64,000 nt of DNA from PVC group bacterium (GCA_024231215.1 JAAEQR010000072.1:129210-193209); one strand, 5' to 3'. Positions 21,358 through 30,451 are shown, counted from the stretch's first letter. The notes: generated from the sequence alone by a model not told the origin. Made by a program: numbers and translations.

Positions 21358-22514
21358 CATTTTTTAGAAAATATCTAACCCACATTATTATGAGTGCGGT
21401 TATTTTTTTATCCATAATGAATCTCTCTTACGCGCAAGCAGAAATAAAACAAAAAGCCGATGAACATTATAAGAAGGGATTATTGCTGTACCATGATGGG
21501 GAATACGAAAAGGCGCAGGCAGAATTCTTGAAAGCAAAGAAGTTGATCGACAAGGTAAAAAAACAGAAGGTTGATCCTAAGAAGACAATGGCTGTTGTCA
21601 ATGAACACTATCAAAAAGGATTGACTGAACATTATAAGAAGGGATTATTGCTGTACCATGATGGGGAATACGAAAAGGCGCAGGCAGAATTCTTGAAAGC
21701 AAAGAAGTTGATCGCTGAGGTAAAAAAACAGAAGGCTGATCCTGAGAAAACAAAGGCTGTTGCCAATGAACACTATCAAAAAGGATTGACTTTATATTAC
21801 CAAGGTGAATATGAAAAAGCTAAAGAAGAATTTTTAAAGGCAAAAGTCTTAGCTGGGGCAAGTGTGCATAAAGAACAAACAGTTATTAGTAAAGAAGTAA
21901 AGCCGGAGAAAAAGAAAAAATCTTTTGAATATATTATTGGCGAAGGCGATGTCTTGGCTGTTTCGGTATGGGAAAATGACGACCTTGATGCTGAAGTTAT
22001 GGTTCGTCCAGATGGGAAAGTTTCTTTTGCTTTAGTAGGAGATGTTCTGGCTGTTGGTTTTACTATTGAGCAATTTCGTCAGGACTTGACAGCGCTTTTA
22101 AAAGAATATATACGTTATCCTCAGGTGTCTGTTTCTATTAAGGTAGTCGGAGGAGAAAAAGTAATTGTCTTAGGCCATGTAAGAAGTCCGGGTGTGTATG
22201 AAATAACCGGAAGGAAAACTATTTTAGAAGCTATTGGGAAAGCAGGAGGTTTTACGCGTGATGCAGTGCTTAAGAGTATTATCGTTGTCAAGGGAGGCCT
22301 TGAGACTCCGGTGCCTAAAAAGCTTAATCTAACCAGAGCTTTGAAAAAAGGAGAGGTTATTGAGAATATTGTCTTAGAATCAGAAGATATTATATATGTA
22401 CCCAGCCGGGTTATTGCCGATGTCAGCTACTTTATGCGTACTATTCTTTCCCCAATAACACAAAGTGTTTCTACAACACAGGATATTAACGATATCCGTG
22501 ACTGGAACAACTAA
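21354..22514 (+). CDS. TPR + polysaccharide export (Wza-like Poly_export/SLBB) protein
   Basis: YIIGEGDVLAVSVW, VRPDGKVS, GHVRSPGVY, LESEDIIYVP; N-terminal HY.KGL TPR repeats. Confidence 0.88.
   Translation: MTFFRKYLTHIIMSAVIFLSIMNLSYAQAEIKQKADEHYKKGLLLYHDGEYEKAQAEFLKAKKLIDKVKKQKVDPKKTMAVVNEHYQKGLTEHYKKGLLLYHDGEYEKAQAEFLKAKKLIAEVKKQKADPEKTKAVANEHYQKGLTLYYQGEYEKAKEEFLKAKVLAGASVHKEQTVISKEVKPEKKKKSFEYIIGEGDVLAVSVWENDDLDAEVMVRPDGKVSFALVGDVLAVGFTIEQFRQDLTALLKEYIRYPQVSVSIKVVGGEKVIVLGHVRSPGVYEITGRKTILEAIGKAGGFTRDAVLKSIIVVKGGLETPVPKKLNLTRALKKGEVIENIVLESEDIIYVPSRVIADVSYFMRTILSPITQSVSTTQDINDIRDWNN
21461..21790 (+). repeat. 165-bp (55 aa) tandem duplication in TPR region
   Basis: Units at 21461 and 21626, near-identical (TGAACATTATAAGAAGGGATTATTGCTG...). 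Confidence 0.93.
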
Positions 22515-22547
22515 CCAGAATACTAATTCTAGGAGGATGTAAGGAAT

Positions 22548-23846
22548 ATGGAAGATATGAAACTTATAACCAACAATATGCGTAATTTTGTATCTAAAAA
22601 AGAGATGGATGATGTTTTTCGTCCGATGAAGCTTATTCACGGAGCGTTAAAGAAAAAAGAATGTCCGGGTAATGACTTTGTTGGTTGGTTGGACTTACCA
22701 TCTACAATACCGTTAGCTTTGGTCAAAGACATTGAACAGACAGCAGCTAAAATACGTAAGCAGGCAGATGTATTCATAAGTTTGGGTATTGGTGGTTCAT
22801 ATCTGGGGGCAAAAGCGACAATAGAGTTTTTGAAACCAGCGTTTGCTAATGAATTAAAAAGTGAAAAACCAAAGGTTTACTTTGCCGGACATAACTTAAG
22901 CGCGGATTATCTGACGGATTTATTTGCTGTGTGTAAAAATAAAAAAGTTGTAATTAACGTAATATCTAAATCAGGTACAACTACAGAAACCGCTGTAGTT
23001 TTTAGAATTATTAAACAGTATTTAGAAAAGATATATGGTAAGAAAAAAATAAAAGATAAGATTGTTTGCACTACGGATGAATCCAGAGGGGCATTGCGTA
23101 AGATGGCGGATGAAGAAGGGTATAAAACTTTTATTATCCCGGATGATGTTGGGGGAAGATTTTCCGTACTTACTCCGGTTGGCCTCTTACCGATTGCGGT
23201 AGCTGGGATTGATATTCGTGCTCTTATAAAAGGTGCGGCTGATTTTGAGAAGAAATGTAACAATGTAACTTTAAATTCTAACCCAGCTTACAAATACGCG
23301 GCGATTCGGCATCTATTGTATAAAAAAGGTAAAGTTATTGAAATATTGTCTTCGTTTCATCCTTCATTACAATATGTTAGTGAATGGTGGAAACAGCTAT
23401 ATGGAGAGAGTGAAGGAAAAAATAAAAAAGGGGTATTTCCTGCATCGTGTAACTTTACTACAGATTTACATTCTTTGGGTCAGATTATCCAGGACGGAAG
23501 ACGAAATATGTTTGAGACATTTTTGGTAGTTGATAAGTCTGCTTCCCGGCAAAGCGTTCCGAAAGTCAAAGATAATCTTGACGGATTAAACTATTTGGCC
23601 GGTAAAGACATGGAATTTATAAATCGTAAAGCATATGAAGCTACATCTAGCGCACATTATGAGGGTGGAGTTCCTAATATGACCATTTTCATTCCGAAAC
23701 GAAATCCCTATTATCTTGGACAACTGTTTTATTTTTTTGAGAAGGCAGTAGCTATGTCTGGATTGCTTTTAGGGGTTAATCCGTTCAACCAACCGGGAGT
23801 AGAAGCTTATAAAAAGAAAATGTTTAAGCTCTTGGGTAAACCTTGA
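22548..23846 (+). CDS. pgi: glucose-6-phosphate isomerase
   Basis: GIGGSYLG, SKSGTTTE, VGGRFSVL, QLYGESEGK, NPFNQPGVEAYK. Confidence 0.97.
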   Translation: MEDMKLITNNMRNFVSKKEMDDVFRPMKLIHGALKKKECPGNDFVGWLDLPSTIPLALVKDIEQTAAKIRKQADVFISLGIGGSYLGAKATIEFLKPAFANELKSEKPKVYFAGHNLSADYLTDLFAVCKNKKVVINVISKSGTTTETAVVFRIIKQYLEKIYGKKKIKDKIVCTTDESRGALRKMADEEGYKTFIIPDDVGGRFSVLTPVGLLPIAVAGIDIRALIKGAADFEKKCNNVTLNSNPAYKYAAIRHLLYKKGKVIEILSSFHPSLQYVSEWWKQLYGESEGKNKKGVFPASCNFTTDLHSLGQIIQDGRRNMFETFLVVDKSASRQSVPKVKDNLDGLNYLAGKDMEFINRKAYEATSSAHYEGGVPNMTIFIPKRNPYYLGQLFYFFEKAVAMSGLLLGVNPFNQPGVEAYKKKMFKLLGKP

Positions 23847-23893
23847 GAGATTCCATGAACGAAGTGAAGTGCAACCCCGGTGTCTGTTAAAGT

Positions 23894-24058
23894 ATGGATT
23901 GTAAAGAATGCAAGAAATTAATAGCCAAATTTTTGGATGAACAATTAGATCCAAAACAGCAGGAATTGATGGAAAAACATCTAAGCAGTTGTCCTAACTG
24001 TGTGCGTGGACTTGAGTCTCTGGACAAAATGGTTGCTTTAATGCGCAACTTATCTTAA
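23894..24058 (+). CDS. 54-aa stand-alone zf-HC2 (anti-sigma-type zinc finger) protein
   Basis: Manual translation MDCKECKKLIAKFLDEQLDPKQQELMEKHLSSCPNCVRGLESLDKMVALMRNLS with HxxxCxxC; below the ORF-track cutoff. Confidence 0.7.
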   Translation: MDCKECKKLIAKFLDEQLDPKQQELMEKHLSSCPNCVRGLESLDKMVALMRNLS

Positions 24059-24086
24059 AGAGTAAACCCTTCTTTATAAATATTCC

Positions 24087-24116
24087 TTGACATTCCACAC
24101 GTTTGTGTGGTATTAT
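24087..24116 (+). promoter_or_regulatory. lexA promoter with palindromic operator CCACAC-N4-GTGTGG
   Basis: TTGACA-18bp-TATTAT; dyad at 24095-24110 within the spacer. Confidence 0.72.
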
Positions 24117-24170
24117 GTTATTCGACGTAGTATTTCTATATACATTTGTTATTTTGAGAGGGGGAAAGAT

Positions 24171-24755
24171 ATGCTTACCGCGAAGCAGAAAAATGTGTTG
24201 ATATTTTTAAGGCAAAGGATTCGTAGCGGCTTACCACCAACAATCAGAGAAATTGCTCAGGAATTCAAAGTATCTTCGACCGGAACAGTCAGAGACTATC
24301 TTAAGGCTTTATGTACCAAGGGATATATTATTTTATCTGAGAAGAAGTCGCGTGCTATTGAATTAACTGAAAAGGCAATGTTAAATATTCCGATAATTGG
24401 CCAAGTTCCTGCAGGTGTTCCGGTATTAGCTGTGGAAAATGTGGAAGATTATTTTAATGTAGATAAGTTATTTGCTCAACAGGATGAGTTGTTTTTTCTA
24501 CGGGTAAAAGGGGATAGTATGATCGGAGTGGGAATTATGCCGGATGACTTGGTTCTGGTTAAAAAACAGCCGATTGCCCGGGACGGAGATATGGTGGTTT
24601 GTCGGATAGACGGAGAAGTTACTGTAAAAACCCTGAGAAATAAAGATAAATGTTTTTATTTACAGCCGGAGAATAAGAATTATTCGATCATACCTTTAAC
24701 TGAAAACTCACAGATAGTTGGCAAGGTTATTACTGCGGTTAGAAAATATGTTTAG
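24171..24755 (+). CDS. lexA: SOS repressor LexA
   Basis: LTAKQ, PPTIREI, VPAG cleavage site, GDSM, VTVK; ATG at 24171. Confidence 0.95.
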   Translation: MLTAKQKNVLIFLRQRIRSGLPPTIREIAQEFKVSSTGTVRDYLKALCTKGYIILSEKKSRAIELTEKAMLNIPIIGQVPAGVPVLAVENVEDYFNVDKLFAQQDELFFLRVKGDSMIGVGIMPDDLVLVKKQPIARDGDMVVCRIDGEVTVKTLRNKDKCFYLQPENKNYSIIPLTENSQIVGKVITAVRKYV

Positions 24756-26112
24756 GTTAATAGCATTAAACATTTTATTGATTGTTTTTGTTTTCAATGT
24801 TTGTAGTTATGCGCAACTGCCAGAGGATGCGGATGATTATGATCAGTTGATTGCTCAAGTTCAGGAAGCTCTCAAGATAAATCCTTATGATCCCAATTTG
24901 AAAGAGCAGTTAGCTGTTTTATATCATAATCAAGGGGTTAAATTATCAGAAAATGGACAATGGGCGGATGCGATTTTGATTTTGGAGCAGGCGTATGACT
25001 TGCGCCCACAAGAAGCCGTGATAAAAACAACCTTAGCTAGTTTATATAACGCTTATGGCTTGGAACTAAGAGATCAGAGAAGATTAACAGAAGCCTTAAG
25101 TAAATTGAAATCTGCGTTGGAGTATGCTCCGGAAGAATTGCAGATAAAAAAGAACCTTGCGGTTGTCTACCTTGATCTTGCGCACAAGGCTTTTGAAGAC
25201 CATGAATATGATAACTGTAGCAGATTTTTACACCAGGCGGTTTTTCTTGACGCAAATAATCCTTATGTACATATGCTTTTTGGCGAACTTGCCTATAAAA
25301 AAGATGATTATTTTCAGGCGGAAACAGCATGGAATAAAGCGTTGGACTTAGAACCTACATTATATGAATTACGTGTGCGTCTTGAGAAACTAAAAGCAGA
25401 AAAGCAACAAGAGCAAAATTTTAGTTATCGGGAAATTGATAATTTTAAACTAAAGTTTGAGGGACTTGATAAACAGGAATTAGCAGATTCTGCCGCACAG
25501 ATTCTTAGGGATGCTTACCGGGAGGTAGGACAGGATTTTAATTTATACCCTAATTCAGTTATTCCGGTAATTATTTATCCGATGACAACTTTAAAGAAAC
25601 TGGACTATTTTCCCGACTGGGCTGCAGGTGTGTATGATGGGAAAATAAGGATAGGCGATGGATTTAGCAAAAATAAAGCTTATATGAAGGCAGTACTTTA
25701 TCACGAGTATACCCATGTTTTGGTTCGTATTTTAGGCCATGATAATGTTCCTCTTTGGCTCAATGAGGGAATAGCTGAATATGAAGCTAAAAGAGTGAAA
25801 AAAGTTTGGCAGCGTAAAGCTAGGAAGCAAATGTTACTTAAGGCAGTAAGAAAAAATGTGCTTTTTTCATTTGATGATCTGGCAAATATGACTTTGGTCA
25901 GGATGAATCAGCTTTCTGCAGCTAGAATAGAATTGATATATGCACAGTCTGAATCTTTTGTCACCTATCTTATTGAGAGATATTCTGTATATGATATTAG
26001 AAATGTTTTGGTTGGGCTGGGAAAAGGTGCGAATATCTATAAATCGATAAAAAAATCTTTGTATGTCGATCTGGATGTACTAATAAAAGACTGGCAGAAC
26101 GAATTCAAATGA
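24748..26112 (+). CDS. exported TPR + peptidase MA-like zinc metallopeptidase
   Basis: Signal peptide, TPRs, WAAGVYDGKIRI, HEYTH, WLNEGIAEY. Confidence 0.88.
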   Translation: MFRLIALNILLIVFVFNVCSYAQLPEDADDYDQLIAQVQEALKINPYDPNLKEQLAVLYHNQGVKLSENGQWADAILILEQAYDLRPQEAVIKTTLASLYNAYGLELRDQRRLTEALSKLKSALEYAPEELQIKKNLAVVYLDLAHKAFEDHEYDNCSRFLHQAVFLDANNPYVHMLFGELAYKKDDYFQAETAWNKALDLEPTLYELRVRLEKLKAEKQQEQNFSYREIDNFKLKFEGLDKQELADSAAQILRDAYREVGQDFNLYPNSVIPVIIYPMTTLKKLDYFPDWAAGVYDGKIRIGDGFSKNKAYMKAVLYHEYTHVLVRILGHDNVPLWLNEGIAEYEAKRVKKVWQRKARKQMLLKAVRKNVLFSFDDLANMTLVRMNQLSAARIELIYAQSESFVTYLIERYSVYDIRNVLVGLGKGANIYKSIKKSLYVDLDVLIKDWQNEFK

Positions 26113-27248
26113 TCCCGCTAGGTATATATCTTCATATCCCTTTTTGTATCAAGAAATGTCTTTACTGTGATTTTAACTCTGTAGAGTTGAAGCAACGCAA
26201 GGAGATAGATCAATATATTGCTGCGTTGAAAGAGGAAATTTATTTTTGCAGTAAAGATGTTTTCTCCCGAACAGTAAAGAGTATATATTTTGGAGGAGGA
26301 ACGCCGTCTTTATTAACAGAGGAAGATGTAAATTGTCTTGTTGCTGCAATAAAAGAAAAATTTTCACTTTTACCGGAAGCAGAGATAACTTTAGAAGCTA
26401 ATCCAGCTACAATTTGCTATGAACAGCTTCTTGGATATAAAAATGCCGGGATAAACAGGATTAGTCTAGGGGTTCAGTCTTTCCAGGATAAATATTTAAA
26501 GATATTAGGACGAATTCATACCGGCAAAGATGCCCTGGAATCGATAGAGTTACTACGTCGGGCGGGTTTTTCCAATATTAGTATTGATCTTATGTATGGG
26601 TTACCTGGACAGGATTTAAAGGGCTGGACAGATGATTTGGCTCGATTTATATCTTTGGGGCTTGAACATATCTCTTTTTATGACCTAAAGATAGAAAAAA
26701 ACACACCGTTTTATCCTATGAGGGATGAATTATTTTTACCTAAGGATGAGCTTCAGATTGATATGTATAAAAGGGGGATTGAAAAACTAAAAAAAGCCGG
26801 GTATCGGCATTATGAAATATCTAGCTTTGCTAAAGAGGGGAAAGAGTCAAAGCATAATCTTGTTTATTGGGAAAACAAGGAATATTTGGGGATTGGGGCA
26901 GGGGCTTACTCCTATTTGAAAGGAACAAGATTCAGGAGGCATAAATCTATAAATACATACCTAGAAGAGGCAGCGAAAACTGATTTTAAGGGTTATGATC
27001 AGGAAAATTTAGATATAGGGAGGAGCATCAGGGAAACTATAGCTTTAAATCTCAGGATTTTAGATGGAGTCTCCTTGACTAAGATTGCGAAAGAAAGAGG
27101 AATAACAATAGATAATGGTCTTTTAGATAGATTTAACCATTTGCAAGCTCAAGGGTTAATTGATATAGAGGGGGAGCAATACCGGCTTACCCAGAGGGGT
27201 ATATTATTTTATGATACAGTGGCAGGGGAGATATTAGTGTTAGATTAA
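26109..27248 (+). CDS. hemW: radical SAM heme chaperone HemW
   Basis: YLHIPFCIKKCLYCDF, YFGGGTPS, YEISSF, HNLVYW. Confidence 0.93.
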   Translation: MIPLGIYLHIPFCIKKCLYCDFNSVELKQRKEIDQYIAALKEEIYFCSKDVFSRTVKSIYFGGGTPSLLTEEDVNCLVAAIKEKFSLLPEAEITLEANPATICYEQLLGYKNAGINRISLGVQSFQDKYLKILGRIHTGKDALESIELLRRAGFSNISIDLMYGLPGQDLKGWTDDLARFISLGLEHISFYDLKIEKNTPFYPMRDELFLPKDELQIDMYKRGIEKLKKAGYRHYEISSFAKEGKESKHNLVYWENKEYLGIGAGAYSYLKGTRFRRHKSINTYLEEAAKTDFKGYDQENLDIGRSIRETIALNLRILDGVSLTKIAKERGITIDNGLLDRFNHLQAQGLIDIEGEQYRLTQRGILFYDTVAGEILVLD

Positions 27249-27290
27249 CCCTTGATATTTTTTTTAGTTCATGGTATAAAATAGCAGAAT

Positions 27291-27377
27291 GCGGAGATGG
27301 TGGAATTGGCAGACACGCTAGCTTGAGGGGCTAGTGGGAGCAATCTCATGAGGGTTCAAGTCCCTCTCTCCGCACCA
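27291..27377 (+). tRNA. tRNA-Leu(GAG)
   Basis: Cloverleaf with long variable arm, anticodon loop TTGAGGG, GTTCAAGTC, encoded CCA. Confidence 0.96.
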
Positions 27378-27469
27378 AGTTCTTCTTTGATCCCCTCCAG
27401 ATACAAGTATTTTCCAGTTTTTTCCCTGTGCCCCTTGCAAAGTCAAAATAGTTGTGGTATATTTTATTT

Positions 27470-27604
27470 GTTTATCTTCTCTAAGGGGCAGCATAAATAT
27501 TAAATATAAATTTGGGGATACGAAGTGAAACGTCCTTATTTCTCCATATAAGGCGTTAATAAGAAGACCCCTACTTCCCCCGTTCTTCGTATCCCCTTTT
27601 TTTT
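27470..27604 (+). ncRNA. putative structured small RNA or leader, copy 1
   Basis: Promoter TTGCAA-17-TATATT (27435-27463); GGGGATACGAAG/CTTCGTATCCCC stem + T8; inner hairpin; CCCCTACTTCCCCC; 5' end estimated. Confidence 0.55.
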
Positions 27605-27645
27605 GTTAGATTGAAAAATGGCTCAAGATATGATATAATTTCAAT

Positions 27646-27825
27646 GTAATATGTATGGGCTGAAGCAAAAAAAGAGGGAGGAAGGGGTTTTTCTATTCTC
27701 TTAAAGTAAAGCAATTAAAAAAGTTATATAAAATTTTTAAATTTGGGATGCGAAGATTAGATTCGCCTTATCCCCTAAGGCGATTATTGGCCCCTACTTC
27801 CCCCTATCTTCGTATCCCCTTTTTT
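27646..27825 (+). ncRNA. putative structured small RNA or leader, copy 2
   Basis: Promoter TTGAAA-17-TATAAT (27611-27639); GGGATGCGAAGA/TCTTCGTATCCC stem + T6; same inner hairpin and C-rich motif; 5' end estimated. Confidence 0.55.
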
Positions 27826-27853
27826 ATACCCATTTCTTTGGGGGGAGCTTAAT

Positions 27854-29494
27854 TTGACAGATTTTTATAAGAAATTACAATATGCCAGCCTAATTTTGAT
27901 CATCTTTTCATGTATTTCCCCCGTAAGTGCCCAAGAAGAGACATTTCTAAAAACCAAAATTGAAAAAATTGGTAATTCTAAGCGAAGTGAAATTAATCAG
28001 ATAAATCAGGTATTACGTAATCTGGATATTCCCAAAGAAATAGGTATGGTTAAAGAAACTTATATGCCTCGCAGTCCGAAGGCTAATCTTATTATTACAA
28101 TTCAGGATTTACATTGCCATTATCAAGCCCAAAAAAACATTGCTGCTATACTAAATTATCTTACTAATAATTTTGCGTTAAAACTTATCAGTATTGAAGG
28201 GGGCGCAGGTCCGATCGATACGGTGTTTTACCGTGAGTTGCCGGATGAAAGAATCAAAGAACAGGTAGCAGAATATTTTTTAAAAGAAGCTCGTATTAAC
28301 GGTACAGAGTATTTTGCGATAACGACAAATAAAGAAATTGCGCTTTATGGAGCTGAAGATTCTAAATATTATGATTGGAATTTAGAGGCGTTTTTAGATG
28401 CTTTGCCGAAACGGGAAAAAATACTTAAAGATGTTGCGGTTTTAGAAAATGCACTGAATATCTTGAAAGATCGTATATATAATAAGCGGTTAAAAGAATT
28501 AGATAATTATATAGTTGCTTATGAAAATAAAACGATATCATTTGAAGACTATATTTTAAATATAGAAAAACAGTATTCTAAGACTAAACTAATTAGAGAT
28601 TTTAAGCAGGTTGCTCAACTTGCCGAAAGTATTCATATAAAAAGAGAAGTTAATTTGGTAGCAGCAGAAAAACAACGAGGTGAATTAATTGATTATTTAT
28701 CAACAAAATTGCCCAGGAGAGAATTAGAAGAATTTTTACGAATCACTTTAGAGTTTAAGACCAAGACGGTAAAGGCATCGGAGTATCATAGTAAACTGAA
28801 AGAACTTTATGAGAAGACTATTGAAAAAACAAAGACTTTTGAACAGAATTGGCCGGATCTTAGTGAATATATCGTTTATTTGGATAAATATGAGACGTTG
28901 GATGATATTGAGCTTTTTAATGAAATAGATAAAGCTTTGGATGGAATAAAAAATAGTCTATATACAAGTTATACTCAAAAAAAGTTAGACCGAAATTTAA
29001 CAATAATACGCTTAGCGAGAAACCTTTTCTCCACAAAATTACTGCCACGGGATTTGCCGATAATCGATAAATATCGTAATGAGTTCAATGCGAAAAAAAT
29101 GGCTAAATTTATTAAACGTCAATCAAGAAGATTAACCCTTGATTTGCCGGTTCCAGCAGAATTAGAAGATATAGAAGATACTTTGCCGATGGTGGAAGAT
29201 TTTTATTATTATGCTTCACAGCGTAATGAAATTTTAGTAGACAATACTCTGGCATATATGAAGAAAGAAAACCAAGATGTGGGAATATTAATAACCGGTG
29301 GTTTTCATACCGATGGGATAACCGAGGATTTACGCGATAAACGTATTCCGTATGTTGTAGTAATTCCTCAAATAGATGCTCTTGAAGAGAATGATACTCG
29401 TTATATTGATGCCCTGAAGGGAAAAAAGACCCGTTTTGAAACAATGTTGGAAGGGGCAACTGATTCTGTACGAGATTTCTATTTTGGGAAGTAA
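27854..29494 (+). CDS. exported hypothetical protein with IQDLH...EGG...RN...GGFH motifs (TraB/ChaN/EreA-like metal site suspected)
   Basis: TTG start after GGGGGAG, signal peptide, IQDLHCHYQAQKNI, ISIEGG, QRNEIL, ITGGFHTDG. Confidence 0.75.
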   Translation: MTDFYKKLQYASLILIIFSCISPVSAQEETFLKTKIEKIGNSKRSEINQINQVLRNLDIPKEIGMVKETYMPRSPKANLIITIQDLHCHYQAQKNIAAILNYLTNNFALKLISIEGGAGPIDTVFYRELPDERIKEQVAEYFLKEARINGTEYFAITTNKEIALYGAEDSKYYDWNLEAFLDALPKREKILKDVAVLENALNILKDRIYNKRLKELDNYIVAYENKTISFEDYILNIEKQYSKTKLIRDFKQVAQLAESIHIKREVNLVAAEKQRGELIDYLSTKLPRRELEEFLRITLEFKTKTVKASEYHSKLKELYEKTIEKTKTFEQNWPDLSEYIVYLDKYETLDDIELFNEIDKALDGIKNSLYTSYTQKKLDRNLTIIRLARNLFSTKLLPRDLPIIDKYRNEFNAKKMAKFIKRQSRRLTLDLPVPAELEDIEDTLPMVEDFYYYASQRNEILVDNTLAYMKKENQDVGILITGGFHTDGITEDLRDKRIPYVVVIPQIDALEENDTRYIDALKGKKTRFETMLEGATDSVRDFYFGK

Positions 29495-29594
29495 GTTCTG
29501 CGATAATCTGCTCAAAATTTGACCTATTAGTGTAACGAGTTGAAATAAAAAGAGTTACTGCCGAATTTTTTATTCAAAAACCTCCTGTATAGTA

Positions 29595-29623
29595 TTGAAA
29601 ATAATATAAATATATGATATACT
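29595..29623 (+). promoter_or_regulatory. sigma70-type promoter
   Basis: TTGAAA-17-TATACT with extended TG. Confidence 0.6.
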
Positions 29624-29704
29624 TTAATATCTTTTTTAACTTCGAAGAAAAAGTTCCTAACATGTTTATTTTATTTGAGTTAACTGTTTAGCAGAAATAA
29701 GGTT

Positions 29705-30451
29705 ATGAAATTAGTCCAAAATAGAAAATTTAGCTGGGTTCTCAGATTTAGCGTAATGCTGCTTATCCAGGCAGTGTTGACGGTAAATACTGTCTGGGCA
29801 AGTTTGGACAGTAATACCTTGGCACCTAGACTTGCGGTTAATATAGAAAGTTTTAAAGAGAAAATAGCAGTTTCTAGAATAACTTTAGATAAGTATTTAC
29901 AAAAAGAAGAGAAGCGAAGGGTACGGGCAGAAAAGCGTCAGAGAGAAAAGCTGGAGAGGAAAAAAGAAGCTGCCGAACTTAAAGGTGAGTATGAAAAATA
30001 TAAAAAATATACTATTGGTGATCTTAGAAAAAAACTTAAGCTGGGTAAGGAAATATTAGTATCGAATTTTCAGATAGTTCCGGGCATAGGTAATATTCGA
30101 GCAGCTGTTATTGGCAATGAAGTATTACTTAGAAGTCAGAATGCAACATTATGGCTTACATTTCGGTATGATGGGACAGAGATTTTTATCGGAGGTAAAA
30201 AGTTTTACAGAATTGAGAATGAAAATGTTTTGGTAGATGATGACAATTATGAAAATAGAATAAAACTGGAACAAGTTGGAAATCGACTTATTCTTGATTT
30301 AGATAAAATAACTGGGAATAAAGATATAGATAGATTTTTTGGACGAAAGAAACAAAAAGCAACAACTGAATTATCAGAAGGATTAATTAAAGATAGGATC
30401 CCGGATACACCTGAGGAGTTGTTAGGTTTATTGCTGGAACAGGCGATATAG
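29705..30451 (+). CDS. exported hypothetical protein, C-terminal EQAI family
   Basis: Signal peptide LLIQ...NTVWA, LAP motif, ends LLEQAI. Confidence 0.78.
   Translation: MKLVQNRKFSWVLRFSVMLLIQAVLTVNTVWASLDSNTLAPRLAVNIESFKEKIAVSRITLDKYLQKEEKRRVRAEKRQREKLERKKEAAELKGEYEKYKKYTIGDLRKKLKLGKEILVSNFQIVPGIGNIRAAVIGNEVLLRSQNATLWLTFRYDGTEIFIGGKKFYRIENENVLVDDDNYENRIKLEQVGNRLILDLDKITGNKDIDRFFGRKKQKATTELSEGLIKDRIPDTPEELLGLLLEQAI

Noticed and set aside
12731-21790. Possible CRISPR array from repeated sequence
   Set aside because: The repeats are in-frame intragenic tandem duplications without spacers; no cas genes
27651-27704. 17-codon ORF MYGLKQKKREEGVFLFS in RNA copy 2
   Set aside because: No RBS and no counterpart in copy 1; cannot be supported as a leader peptide
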